From an uncultured Alphaproteobacteria bacterium (GTDB lineage: Bacteria; Pseudomonadota; Alphaproteobacteria; RF32; CAG-239), in assembly GCA_944389095.1 (NCBI GenBank), contig CALXLC010000032.1, positions 1 to 60,521 on the forward strand: a stretch of DNA of 60,521 nt. Direction: 5' to 3'. Position numbers and translations under genes: made by a program. The notes under the pieces were generated by a model. That model ran no database searches, had not been told where the DNA came from, and saw only the letters and a program-made list of their open reading frames with translations. Shown one piece after another: positions 9,577-18,643 of the stretch (position 1 is its first letter; the number at the start of each line of letters is the position of its first letter).

Positions 9577-11634
9577 ATGTCAAAATCAAATTACGATATG
9601 CCCGCAATTAAAAACGAAGAAATTGCTATCGAGAGTGTCACCAAAAGAGACGGTACGCTTGCGCCGTTTGACAGCAACAAAATTTTTAATGCCATCTGCA
9701 AAGCAGGCGCTTCCACCGGCGAGTTCGGCGAGCAGGAAGGCTGGCTTCTGACGGCTCAGGTTCTGAAGGTTTTGAAACACAAATACGCCGAATCTCTTCC
9801 GAATATTGAAAATATTCAGGATGTGGTTGAACAGGTTTTAATTTCCGCCAACTATTTTGCCACGGCCAAGGCCTATATTTTGTATCGCGATCAGCGCAAC
9901 CGCATGCGTTCCGACAAAAAAGTCATGGTTGACGTTGAGAGTTCCATTAACGAATATCTTGAAAGACTTGACTGGCGCGTCAATGCCAATGCCAATCAGG
10001 GATATTCCAACGGCGGTCTGATTTTGAATGTTTCCGGCAAGGTAACGGCCAACTACTGGCTGAGCCATGTTTATCCGGCCGAAGTCGGCGAGGCACACCG
10101 CAACGGCGACATCCACATCCACGATTTGGATATGTTGGCGGCTTATTGCGCCGGCTGGTCTCTGAAAAACCTGTTGCATGAAGGCTTCAACGGTGTTCCC
10201 GGCAAGACTGAGGCCGGTCCGGCCAAACATTTGTCGGCAGCCGTCGGACAGATGGTTAACTTCATGGGCACTTTGCAAAACGAATGGGCCGGAGCTCAGG
10301 CATTTTCTTCTGTTGATACCTACCTGGCACCGTATATCCGTGCTGATCATTTGACTTATGAGCAGGTTGAGCAGTCTATTCAGGAATTGGTTTACAATCT
10401 GAATGTTCCGTCCCGCTGGGGATCTCAAACGCCGTTCACCAACTTTACGTTCGACTGGGTCTGCCCGGAAGACTTGCGTGACAAGCATCCGATAATTGCC
10501 GGAGTCGAGCAGGATTTCACCTACGGCGACCTCAAGGACGAAATGCACATGATTAACAAAGCCTACATTACGGTTATGATGAAAGGCGATATCAAAGGCC
10601 GTCCGTTTACCTTCCCGATTCCGACATATAATATGACGCCGGATTTCCCCTGGGAAGACGAAAACACCGAGCTTTTGTTTGAAATGACGGCCAAATACGG
10701 TTTGCCGTATTTCCAAAACTTCATTAACTCCAGCCTGAAACCCGGGCAGATTCGCTCCATGTGCTGCCGTTTGCAGCTTGACCTGCGCGAACTCCTTGCC
10801 CGCGGCAACGGCTTGTTCGGTTCCGCCGAACAGACCGGATCCATCGGGGTTATTACTTTTAACTGCGCCCGCCTGGGATATGTTTATAAAGGCAACGAAG
10901 CCGGTTTGTTCGCCCGTGTCGACGAATTGATGAACATTGCCCGCACGTCGTTGGAAATCAAGCGCAAAGTCATCCAGAGACTGATTGACAACGGATTGTT
11001 CCCCTACACCAAGCGTTATCTCGGCACCCTGCGCAATCACTTCTCGACCATCGGTGTCAACGGCATTAACGAAATGATTCGCAACTATACCAATGACGAG
11101 CATGACATTGCCGACGAGTGGGGACAGAATTTTGCCGTCAAATTCCTGGATTACATCCGCGATAAGCTGGTCAAAATTCAGGAAGAAACCGGCCATATGT
11201 ACAATTTGGAAGCCACTCCGGCCGAGAGCGCAACTTATCGCTTCGCCCGCGAAGACAAAAAGCGCTTTGTTGACATCATTCAGGCCGGCACCAAAGAAAA
11301 TCCATATTACACCAACTCTTCGCAATTGCCGGTTGGTTATACGGATGACCCGTTTGAGGCGTTGGATTTGCAGTCAACCCTACAGTCCAAATATACCGGC
11401 GGCACCGTGCTGCACCTCTATATGGGCCAGAGAATTTCATCAGCGAAAGTTTGCCGCGACATTATCAAACGTGTTCTGACCAACTATCGCTTACCGTACG
11501 TTACGATTACTCCGACTTTTTCCATTTGCCCCAAGCATGGATATATTTCCGGAGAACATCACTTCTGCCCCTTCTGTGATGAAGAGAAGCTGGCAGAGAA
11601 AAGGGCTGCAGCTTCCAGAAAAGAAGTTGCTTAG
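9577..11634 (+). CDS. nrdD: class III anaerobic ribonucleoside-triphosphate reductase, large part (ATP cone + catalytic barrel)
   Basis: VTKRDG ATP cone, IHIHDL, YCAGW, RSMCCRL, LEATPAES, YTGGTVLH, CPKHGY…CPFC; the glycyl-radical motif is absent from this ORF. Confidence 0.93.
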   Translation: MSKSNYDMPAIKNEEIAIESVTKRDGTLAPFDSNKIFNAICKAGASTGEFGEQEGWLLTAQVLKVLKHKYAESLPNIENIQDVVEQVLISANYFATAKAYILYRDQRNRMRSDKKVMVDVESSINEYLERLDWRVNANANQGYSNGGLILNVSGKVTANYWLSHVYPAEVGEAHRNGDIHIHDLDMLAAYCAGWSLKNLLHEGFNGVPGKTEAGPAKHLSAAVGQMVNFMGTLQNEWAGAQAFSSVDTYLAPYIRADHLTYEQVEQSIQELVYNLNVPSRWGSQTPFTNFTFDWVCPEDLRDKHPIIAGVEQDFTYGDLKDEMHMINKAYITVMMKGDIKGRPFTFPIPTYNMTPDFPWEDENTELLFEMTAKYGLPYFQNFINSSLKPGQIRSMCCRLQLDLRELLARGNGLFGSAEQTGSIGVITFNCARLGYVYKGNEAGLFARVDELMNIARTSLEIKRKVIQRLIDNGLFPYTKRYLGTLRNHFSTIGVNGINEMIRNYTNDEHDIADEWGQNFAVKFLDYIRDKLVKIQEETGHMYNLEATPAESATYRFAREDKKRFVDIIQAGTKENPYYTNSSQLPVGYTDDPFEALDLQSTLQSKYTGGTVLHLYMGQRISSAKVCRDIIKRVLTNYRLPYVTITPTFSICPKHGYISGEHHFCPFCDEEKLAEKRAAASRKEVA

Positions 11635-11664
11635 AAGATAACATATTAAATGGAGACAGAAATA

Positions 11665-11874
11665 ATGACAACGATTAACATTGAAGACATCAAATTGAAC
11701 GACGAAGAAAGACAGCCTTGTGAAGTTTGGACCCGGGTCATGGGATATTTCCGTCCGGTATCAGAATTCAACAAAGGCAAGAAGTCTGAATTCTACGCTC
11801 GCAAATGCTTCTGCGAGAGCAAAGCCATCAGTATGGATGAGGCTGCAAATGCCCTTAAGATTGCTGCCGAATAA
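11665..11874 (+). CDS. stand-alone NrdD C-terminal glycyl-radical domain
   Basis: CEVWTRVMGYFRPVSEFNKGKKSEF contains the RVxGY radical motif; GGAG at 11652-11655 (alternative start 11650). Confidence 0.85.
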   Translation: MTTINIEDIKLNDEERQPCEVWTRVMGYFRPVSEFNKGKKSEFYARKCFCESKAISMDEAANALKIAAE

Positions 11875-11895
11875 TCGCTAATTTGATTATTTGCA

Positions 11896-12594
11896 ATGAG
11901 CAAAATTTTGGTCGGCGGTGTTGAAACTTTCAGCACCGTCGATTTTCCTGAGCATCTGTCTGCTGTTGTTTTTATGCAGGGATGCCCGTGGCGGTGTCCT
12001 TTCTGTCACAATCATGATCTTCAGACAATCGGAAAACCGACCGAATTTTTATGGGAGAAATTTGTTTCTTTTTTGCAGACGCGTCGCGGAATCCTGGATG
12101 CGGTGGTATTCAGCGGCGGAGAACCTCTGGTGCAGGATAATCTGGCTGATGCGGTTGCCGAGGTAAAGGAAATGGGCTTCAAAGTCGGGCTGCACACCGG
12201 CGGTTATCGCCCCGGGCATCTCAAAAAAGTTCTGCCTCTGCTGGATTGGGTTGGATTCGACATCAAAGCACCGTTTGAAGCGGAAAGCTATCGCCGTCTG
12301 ACCGGAGCGCCGCACTTGCAACAAGCGCTTGAGAGTCTGGATATGTTGTTGGGCAGCGGCGTGGATTTTGAATGCCGCACCACCTGTGATCCGCGTTTTT
12401 TGAGTTGTGATGATCTTGCGCAAATGGGAGATGAGCTGGCATCTCGCGGCGTCAAAAAATACTTTTTGCAAAAATATCGGCCTATTGAAAGCGATACGAC
12501 AACCACGGACAGCGACTGTGAAAAATTTTTTGATGATAAGGCCCTGATTGAACATTTGCGGAATCTGTTTGAACAATTTGACATCCGCCGCTGA
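11896..12594 (+). CDS. nrdG: anaerobic RNR activating radical-SAM enzyme
   Basis: GCPWRCPFCHN (CxxxCxxC), FSGGEP; follows nrdD. Confidence 0.92.
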   Translation: MSKILVGGVETFSTVDFPEHLSAVVFMQGCPWRCPFCHNHDLQTIGKPTEFLWEKFVSFLQTRRGILDAVVFSGGEPLVQDNLADAVAEVKEMGFKVGLHTGGYRPGHLKKVLPLLDWVGFDIKAPFEAESYRRLTGAPHLQQALESLDMLLGSGVDFECRTTCDPRFLSCDDLAQMGDELASRGVKKYFLQKYRPIESDTTTTDSDCEKFFDDKALIEHLRNLFEQFDIRR

Positions 12595-12598
12595 AAAA

Positions 12599-12625
12599 AA
12601 AGCCGGAAATTTTCTTTCCGGCTTT
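12599..12625. terminator. bidirectional terminator (cassette A / nrdG)
   Basis: AAAGCCGGAAA-TTTTC-TTTCCGGCTTT. Confidence 0.75.
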
Positions 12626-12637
12626 AAATTTTTACGG

Positions 12638-12970
12638 TCAAATAATACTTTGCAGTCTTTCTTCTGAAATAAAACGCGGAAGTTGAGAAGAGGAGCCGTT
12701 TGGCCCGGGCTCAATCTCTCCCGGACGAGGTTCTATCCACGAAATATTGAGGATTTTTTCATACCGCAGCAGCAGGCAGACCAATTCGCTGAGGTGCATA
12801 TTGCTGCAAACGCGATAATTTCCCGCCTCCAGCAAAGCCAGCCGCTGCTTCGAAAACCGGGCGACCGCGAGAGCTTCTTCCGACGTTAATCCTGCGGACA
12901 ACCGAACCGCGCGAAGCTGTGCCCCGAGATTGCGATAAATTTTTTCTTTAATGTCAAAATTTGATTTCAT
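12638..12970 (-). CDS. XRE/Cro-like HTH protein (110 aa, divergent cassette cargo)
   Basis: LGAQLRAVRLSAGLTSEE…LALLEAGN; GGAG upstream of ATG 12970; shares a pattern with the 80-aa HTH of copies B-D. Confidence 0.75.
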   Translation of the reverse strand: MKSNFDIKEKIYRNLGAQLRAVRLSAGLTSEEALAVARFSKQRLALLEAGNYRVCSNMHLSELVCLLLRYEKILNISWIEPRPGEIEPGPNGSSSQLPRFISEERLQSII

Positions 12971-12996
12971 TTTGCAACTCCGTATTTGTTTTGAAT

Positions 12997-13169
12997 AAAA
13001 CAAAACCGCCTTGACTAAAAGTTAAGGCGGGGAGTTCACAACTGTTACAGTGACAGTCTGCCTTATTCGACATACGAATATGCTTATATCAGCAGCTCCC
13101 CAAATGAGGAGTTGTTATTTTACTGTAAGGAGCTGTGACACTCCGCCGTCCGCTCACCGGACGACAGAA
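12997..13169 (-). ncRNA. structured leader RNA, copy A (C4/CI-like architecture, inferred)
   Basis: 5' hairpin, GGGGAG/CTCCCC closing stem, CTGC/GCAG and ACTGT/ACAGT stems, terminal CCGCCTT/AAGGCGG stem plus U tract; compensatory changes relative to the other copies. Confidence 0.7.
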
Positions 13170-13171
13170 TT

Positions 13172-13199
13172 ATGATATAAGATGAAAATGATTTTGCAA
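13172..13199 (-). promoter_or_regulatory. sigma70-like promoter TTGCAA-N16-TATCAT (copy A)
   Basis: Both hexamers and the 16-bp spacing are kept in all four copies, even where the spacer sequence diverges (copy C). Confidence 0.7.
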
Positions 13200-13222
13200 C
13201 AAAAAAGAGCCACAGATAAATA

Positions 13223-13245
13223 AAAACCCCGGAATCCGGGGTTTT
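13223..13245 (-). terminator. intrinsic terminator of the OMP pair
   Basis: AAAACCCCGGA-A-TCCGGGGTTTT. Confidence 0.8.
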
Positions 13246-13269
13246 AAACAGATTATTGACAATCCGTGC

Positions 13270-14025
13270 TTAAAAATTATAGCGAACGCCCAAAGAAATT
13301 TCGCTCAGCTTGTCAATATAGTCGCCGTCAATCTGCGTATAACGATACATTGCGCGAAAAGCCAGTCGCTCGCTCAAAAACAACTGAGCGCCCAGTCCGT
13401 AACGGAAAGCCAGCTTATCCTCGTCAAATTTAAGCGGATTACTGGCCGTCATATTGGCCGTGTTTTCATTATAGGCGTTCAGTTTGACTTTTGCCTGAAA
13501 ATCATAATTGGCCAAACCGGCGGAAGCCAGAAGTTCCAAGCGGGACAGGACCGGAAGGTACAAAATGGCGTCGGCACCGTAAGCCTTGTATTCAAACTCA
13601 TATTCCGCCTGAGCAAAACGCGTGTCTTGCGCATAAGATTCCTGATATTTAATTTGATTGTCCGACAACGATTGCTGATAAAAGACTTCAAATCCCAAAT
13701 ACCGCAGCGGCCGCCAGCCGATGGATCCGGACAACGTATCAAGACTGTCTTCAAAATTATCCAGCGTTCCGCTGTACGGCGTTCCGCCCAATAAAGGACT
13801 GTCAATCGAAAAACTGTGATTGGCCATGGTGGCATCCGTAATGACATAATCCAGTCCGATGCTGAATTTTTTGAAATCATCTTTGCGGGAAGATGCGGAG
13901 CGCTTGGGAGCCGAATAATTATTCGGAACGTTAGACGGATAATAGGGGTTGTAGCTTTGAGCAACCGCATCCGCTGTTATTGCGGAAGCGCTGAGTAACC
14001 CGGCCATAAAAAGTAACTTTTTCAT
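13270..14025 (-). CDS. outer-membrane beta-barrel protein (OmpA-like 8-strand family)
   Basis: Signal peptide; YLGFEVFY, YGLGAQ, FRAMYRY; C-terminal LGVRYNF. Confidence 0.8.
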   Translation of the reverse strand: MKKLLFMAGLLSASAITADAVAQSYNPYYPSNVPNNYSAPKRSASSRKDDFKKFSIGLDYVITDATMANHSFSIDSPLLGGTPYSGTLDNFEDSLDTLSGSIGWRPLRYLGFEVFYQQSLSDNQIKYQESYAQDTRFAQAEYEFEYKAYGADAILYLPVLSRLELLASAGLANYDFQAKVKLNAYNENTANMTASNPLKFDEDKLAFRYGLGAQLFLSERLAFRAMYRYTQIDGDYIDKLSEISLGVRYNF

Positions 14026-14042
14026 ATTTTAAACCTTTTTTG

Positions 14043-14924
14043 TTAGAACAAGAAACGGACACCCATGGACACTTCGCTCATGTCGTCAATCACGTCACCG
14101 CCGATTTTGGCATAACGATACATAACGCGCAGCGCCACGCCGTCGGCAATGTTCAGCTGACCGCCGGCGGCAACACGCCAACCGACGTTGTCATCATTAT
14201 ATTCTTTATGAAGAACTTCTTGCAGGTTCATATTGTCAAACTGATAAATGGCAAAATTGGCCTCTGTGGTAAATTCATATTTTGCCACACCGACGGAACC
14301 GAGCAAATCAAAATAACGCGACAGCGGGATATAGCCGATTAAATCCAATCCGTAAGCTTTGTAGCTGGTAATATATTCGTTCATCAGATAATAAGCCTCG
14401 TCATCCGCATTCAGTGTATGCGGATCAACTTCGTTGGTAACGCTGTCCTCATAAGTCTGCTGATAAAAAGCCTCCAGTCCGAAATATTTGTTAATCCGGG
14501 CACCCAGCACAAAAGACAAGCTGTCCTGATCGTCAAAAACGTCTTGCGATATCGGACCGTTGGCAAAGCGCAAATCGTCAAAAGTTATCTCTCCCTTGGA
14601 TGACGGGCTGCCGATGTTGTAGTCCATACCGACGTAATATTTAAAATAATTCAGCTTGCGCACCTGATTTTTGACGGCATTTTTAATATCGCGGATATCT
14701 TCGTCAAATCCTTTTTTATAACCGGAATACAAACCGTTGCAGGGGCACATCACGGTTTTGCCGAGCACCACGGATCCGTCCGCATCAAAAGGCTCTTCCG
14801 GATTGCACGGACACCATTCGACATTGTACAAATCACCGTAGGCGGGAAGGTCGTCTTCGGCGACAACCGGGCTTGCCAACAAAGAAAGAGCCGTGGCGCC
14901 GCTCAGTAGCCAGATTTTATTCAT
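14043..14924 (-). CDS. outer-membrane beta-barrel protein, paralog with Cys-rich N-terminal extension
   Basis: Signal peptide; YFGLEAFY, YKAYGLD, LRVMYRY; C-terminal MGVRFLF. Confidence 0.8.
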   Translation of the reverse strand: MNKIWLLSGATALSLLASPVVAEDDLPAYGDLYNVEWCPCNPEEPFDADGSVVLGKTVMCPCNGLYSGYKKGFDEDIRDIKNAVKNQVRKLNYFKYYVGMDYNIGSPSSKGEITFDDLRFANGPISQDVFDDQDSLSFVLGARINKYFGLEAFYQQTYEDSVTNEVDPHTLNADDEAYYLMNEYITSYKAYGLDLIGYIPLSRYFDLLGSVGVAKYEFTTEANFAIYQFDNMNLQEVLHKEYNDDNVGWRVAAGGQLNIADGVALRVMYRYAKIGGDVIDDMSEVSMGVRFLF

Positions 14925-15129
14925 CAAATATGTTCCTTATCAGATAGTTTCGTAACCTCAGAATAGTCGCAGCCTCCCAAAAGTTCAATTATCCCCGCGG
15001 TCTTATACACAAGTTTAGAATGACGGGAATATGACGGTTTTGTTAATTTGACAAAATTAGCGTAAACATTAATTGATTTTTAGGACTCTTTGCGATATAC
15101 TTAAACCAAAAGGCGGGAGGACCAATGTT

Positions 15130-17484
15130 ATGCCGAAAATAGATGATAGTCTGCTTGAAGAACTGAAACAAGAATTTAAGGACGGAAATTTAAACCTGTC
15201 GGGCGATGAAATGCGGCAGCTTCCCGCGGAAGAAAGAGAGCGGCTCACCGAGCATCGCTACGCTTTTTTGGAGGCGGTTGCAGCCGGCAGGCTTGAGGTC
15301 GGAACCAACGATTTGAAAAAAGCGGCCGAAACCGTCAGGCTGGCTTCCCTATACGATGACAAGGTCAAAAACGAGGCACAGAACACCGGCAAATGGTGGC
15401 GTGTGGATTTTAAAAACCGGAAATCAAACGGATTGGCCGCCGTCAAACGCTGGCGTCAACGTCGCAGCCTCAAAACAATGCTGAAAAACCTCAATAAAAC
15501 GGAAGAAGCGCACTATTTGCAGGATTTGGCCAACAAAACCAAATATCTGGGGCGACTGACCGACGAAGAAAAACAAATTGCTGCCGACTTTGTCAAGGTT
15601 CACGAGCGTGCCTTCTGGCCATCCCAAAACTATAAACTGAAAAAAATCTTTCAACAGCAGAAACAAGTGCCGCCGACGGCGTTTGGCAATCTGATAAAAA
15701 TGGCGTCGGATAAAAGCTTTAATCCGGAAAGTAAATACTTTGGTCTGCAAAAAAATAAAGATGCCGGAGAACTGGAAAAACTGCTGAAAACCTGCCTCAA
15801 AAGCACTAACGTCAATGACTTGACAGGTCTGTTGAATGCACTGACAGATTTGAAAAAACAAAAATTTGCCGAAAGCGAAGCCCTTAAAAATGCTACCGCG
15901 ACCCGCAAAGAAAAAAAAGCAGCTCGTCAAAAAGCAATCTTTTTTGAACAAATTTGCAATCAGGTCGAAAAACGCCGCAATGATATGCGCCGGGAATTTA
16001 ATACAGCCAATGACGCGGCGACAAAAAAATACGAACCTAAAGAACAAGCCTTGGTGAATGGTATAGACCAAAAACTGGAGCAGATTAATCTGCAGACGGC
16101 AAAACTGGAAAAATTTACGCTCCGCGGCAGGGCCTTTGAAAAACTGAAATCCCGGGCGCCGGAATATGCCCGCAAAACCGTTGAAGACGTTGCCAACGTC
16201 CGCCTGGACATGGTGATTAATGATGAGGCCGCTTGCCGGGATTTTTTGAAGTCGCAGGGGTTTAAGGACGAAGAAATCAAAGACCTGATGCCTAAGCTGA
16301 CGGAAATGTACGCGGCTTCACCGCAAACGTCCAAAAAAGACAAAGAGTCTCAGGATTCGGCCGAAGATAAAAACAAGGAGCAGGAAGAACAACGTCAGTC
16401 GTTTGAAAAAGAACAGTTCGCTGGTGCGGAAAAAGACCGGGAGGAAAAAGAAGAACAACGGAAAAAAGAAGAGGAACAGCAGGTCGAAACCGTCGTCATT
16501 ACGGATAAAGAGGGCCGCGAAACCGAAAGCACCGTGCCGGTAAAAGAATCTTGGCTGGGCTTTTTGAACGAACAGTTCAGTCAAAACGGATATCAGGCTG
16601 AAATCGTTGAAATGCCCAAAGAAGATGCAGACCGTAAATCCACCGAAGAAACGGTTCAAAAAGAACTGAAACTCGAAAACGACGAGCGCAAATTGCAAAT
16701 CAGGGAAGAGGCGGAAAACAACCGTCTGGTTGTTAACGGCGAAAACAAAAAAGATCCGGAAGATAAAAATCCGTCAATAAGCGATTTTCAGATGATTTTA
16801 AAAAGTCTGAAGTCTAAAGGCAACGAAGAAATCCGCATCGATTCGGAAGATAAGGAATTTACGGGGCGGCTGCTTGTCGCGGCTCAAAAAGAAGGACTTA
16901 AAGTCGTAAATTTTGACCGGAATAAAGATTTGGAGGAGCTGCTTCAGGGCGTATCCAAAGAAACTCGCCAGGCCATGTTTGAGAGCGGCATTTCCGGCGT
17001 GCCGAAGGAAAATATCAGCCAGTCCAGAGAAACGGTCGATTTTATCAATCAGCTGCGGGGCGGCGTCAATCCGAAAGACAAAACGGAAGAAAACGGCGCA
17101 GATTCTTCAAAAGATAATCCCTATCGGGTAATTTCCGAAAGTATTCGTCAGCTCAATCAGGAAAAAGACGACGAAAAGGCCATCGACGCCGGCGTGCAAA
17201 AAATGGACAATCTTGACAAGCTGACCAGCATGGATGCCAAAAAATACAAATCGACAAAGGAATATCAGCAGCTCAGCAAAGATGAAAAAGTTTTGGTCGA
17301 CCGTTACCATGCCTCCCAAAAAGAAGGTAATAAAAACAAGGACCGGGAAGACGTCAAAGCTTTGGGACGACTGCTCAGCGTCTACCGCGGGACCAAAGAT
17401 CCCGCCAAAAGACGCAAAATTGTTGCCCGTACTCTTGACCGCTCATTGGCCGGAACGCGAGACAATCAACGCGGCAACGGCTGA
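15130..17484 (+). CDS. hypothetical highly charged coiled-coil protein (784 aa)
   Basis: Long ORF with GGGAGG RBS before ATG 15130; K/E-rich; no motif recognised. Confidence 0.75.
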   Translation: MPKIDDSLLEELKQEFKDGNLNLSGDEMRQLPAEERERLTEHRYAFLEAVAAGRLEVGTNDLKKAAETVRLASLYDDKVKNEAQNTGKWWRVDFKNRKSNGLAAVKRWRQRRSLKTMLKNLNKTEEAHYLQDLANKTKYLGRLTDEEKQIAADFVKVHERAFWPSQNYKLKKIFQQQKQVPPTAFGNLIKMASDKSFNPESKYFGLQKNKDAGELEKLLKTCLKSTNVNDLTGLLNALTDLKKQKFAESEALKNATATRKEKKAARQKAIFFEQICNQVEKRRNDMRREFNTANDAATKKYEPKEQALVNGIDQKLEQINLQTAKLEKFTLRGRAFEKLKSRAPEYARKTVEDVANVRLDMVINDEAACRDFLKSQGFKDEEIKDLMPKLTEMYAASPQTSKKDKESQDSAEDKNKEQEEQRQSFEKEQFAGAEKDREEKEEQRKKEEEQQVETVVITDKEGRETESTVPVKESWLGFLNEQFSQNGYQAEIVEMPKEDADRKSTEETVQKELKLENDERKLQIREEAENNRLVVNGENKKDPEDKNPSISDFQMILKSLKSKGNEEIRIDSEDKEFTGRLLVAAQKEGLKVVNFDRNKDLEELLQGVSKETRQAMFESGISGVPKENISQSRETVDFINQLRGGVNPKDKTEENGADSSKDNPYRVISESIRQLNQEKDDEKAIDAGVQKMDNLDKLTSMDAKKYKSTKEYQQLSKDEKVLVDRYHASQKEGNKNKDREDVKALGRLLSVYRGTKDPAKRRKIVARTLDRSLAGTRDNQRGNG

Positions 17485-17690
17485 TTGGTCCTTTCCCGTC
17501 AACGGCAAATTATTCAAATTCATAAACGTCGTTTGCTTTATTGGCACAACCGTTAAAAATGCCTTTTCAAATACCGTAATATCAAAAAGCAAAATTACCC
17601 GCACCACACGGGATTTTTCAATAAAAAAACATCAGGCTGCCCCGTTTGATACAAAGACAGCCTGAATCTCTTAGCATGCAAAACAACATC

Positions 17691-18527
17691 TTAAGACGAT
17701 GCTTTATCCGGATTGAAATCCTTTTTCTTGAGTTGGGGGCGTGCCGCAGCCGGGGCCTTGGGTTTAATATAAGGACGCCGCTTATCTTTTCCGTTGCCGC
17801 GGAAAGCTTTTTTTCCGAAAGGTCTCTTGGCACCGTTGCCGAAACGTCCGGCCGCGGATTGGCGTTTGGCCGCCGGTTTCCTCTTGCCTGTTTTTATATC
17901 ATGAATCGCTTCTTCCAATTTCAGCATTTCCATAAATTTGGATTTACGCGGTTTTGTTTTGTTTTCTTTGGTTTTGTCCACCGAGAAACCAAAGGCGCCT
18001 AAATCACGTCCCAGCGTATAGTAACGGCCGTGAACATATGCCAGCAGTCCTGCTTTCTCCAAGGCAAGCCTGCCGTCCTCCTCCAAATAACGGTCATCAA
18101 CGTTTACATTGACGATTTCGGCCAAAAACATGTCATGCGTCGGATAAGAGGTAATGGATTTAACTTTGCACTCCAAAGAAATCGGCGCTTTGACCAACAT
18201 GGGCGCTTTCACATGGGAGCAGGGTTCAATTTCCAGCGCCATGTCTTTAAACTTGTCTGTATTCTTTCCGGACTTAACCCCGCAGTAGTCACAGGCTCGC
18301 GCCAGCTCAAGGGTTGAAATATTGATAACGAATTCTCCGGATTCCTTAATTATGTCGTGAGAAAAACGGGACGGACGTACCGAAATATACGTCATCGGCG
18401 GTTCCGAGTTAATAATTCCGGTCCACGCCACGGTCAAAACGTTCGGTTTTTCCATAGTGCCGCATGTAACCATCACCGGCGGCACCGGGGCCAGCATTGT
18501 TCCGGGTTTCCAAGAAATTTTTGCCAT
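17691..18527 (-). CDS. flavin reductase-like FMN-binding protein with basic C-terminal tail
   Basis: PGTMLAPVPPVMVTC, NVLTVAW, ISVRPSRFSH, GEFVIN, DYCGVKSG, LECKV, THDMFLAEI. Confidence 0.85.
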   Translation of the reverse strand: MAKISWKPGTMLAPVPPVMVTCGTMEKPNVLTVAWTGIINSEPPMTYISVRPSRFSHDIIKESGEFVINISTLELARACDYCGVKSGKNTDKFKDMALEIEPCSHVKAPMLVKAPISLECKVKSITSYPTHDMFLAEIVNVNVDDRYLEEDGRLALEKAGLLAYVHGRYYTLGRDLGAFGFSVDKTKENKTKPRKSKFMEMLKLEEAIHDIKTGKRKPAAKRQSAAGRFGNGAKRPFGKKAFRGNGKDKRRPYIKPKAPAAARPQLKKKDFNPDKASS

Positions 18528-18601
18528 TTTTTTATCCTGCTCCAAATTAAATTTAAATAGAGAATAAACTCAAAAAAATTAATGTGCAAGTGCCGGAAAC
18601 A

Positions 18602-18632
18602 AAAAAATCCTCCGCAGGGCGGAGGATTTTTT
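18602..18632 (-). terminator. intrinsic terminator after secF
   Basis: AAAAAATCCTCCG-loop-CGGAGGATTTTTT. Confidence 0.8.
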
Positions 18633-18643
18633 ATAAAAACATT

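Larger units (their letters stand above)
12599..13199 (-). repeat. promoter-leader RNA-HTH cassette, copy A
   Basis: Homologous to copies at 34563, 45488 and 58037; promoter 13172-13199, leader 12997-13169, HTH ORF, GCCGG hairpin 12599-12625. Confidence 0.85.

Noticed and set aside
9838-11325. 495-aa - strand ORF
   Set aside because: Antisense shadow of nrdD.
11632-11650. Stop-codon readthrough or sequencing error joining the two NrdD parts
   Set aside because: There are two in-frame stops and an independent RBS.
12599-13199. Cassettes as IS elements/MITEs or type II toxin-antitoxin loci
   Set aside because: No terminal inverted repeats, target-site duplications, transposase or adjacent toxin ORF are visible in any copy.
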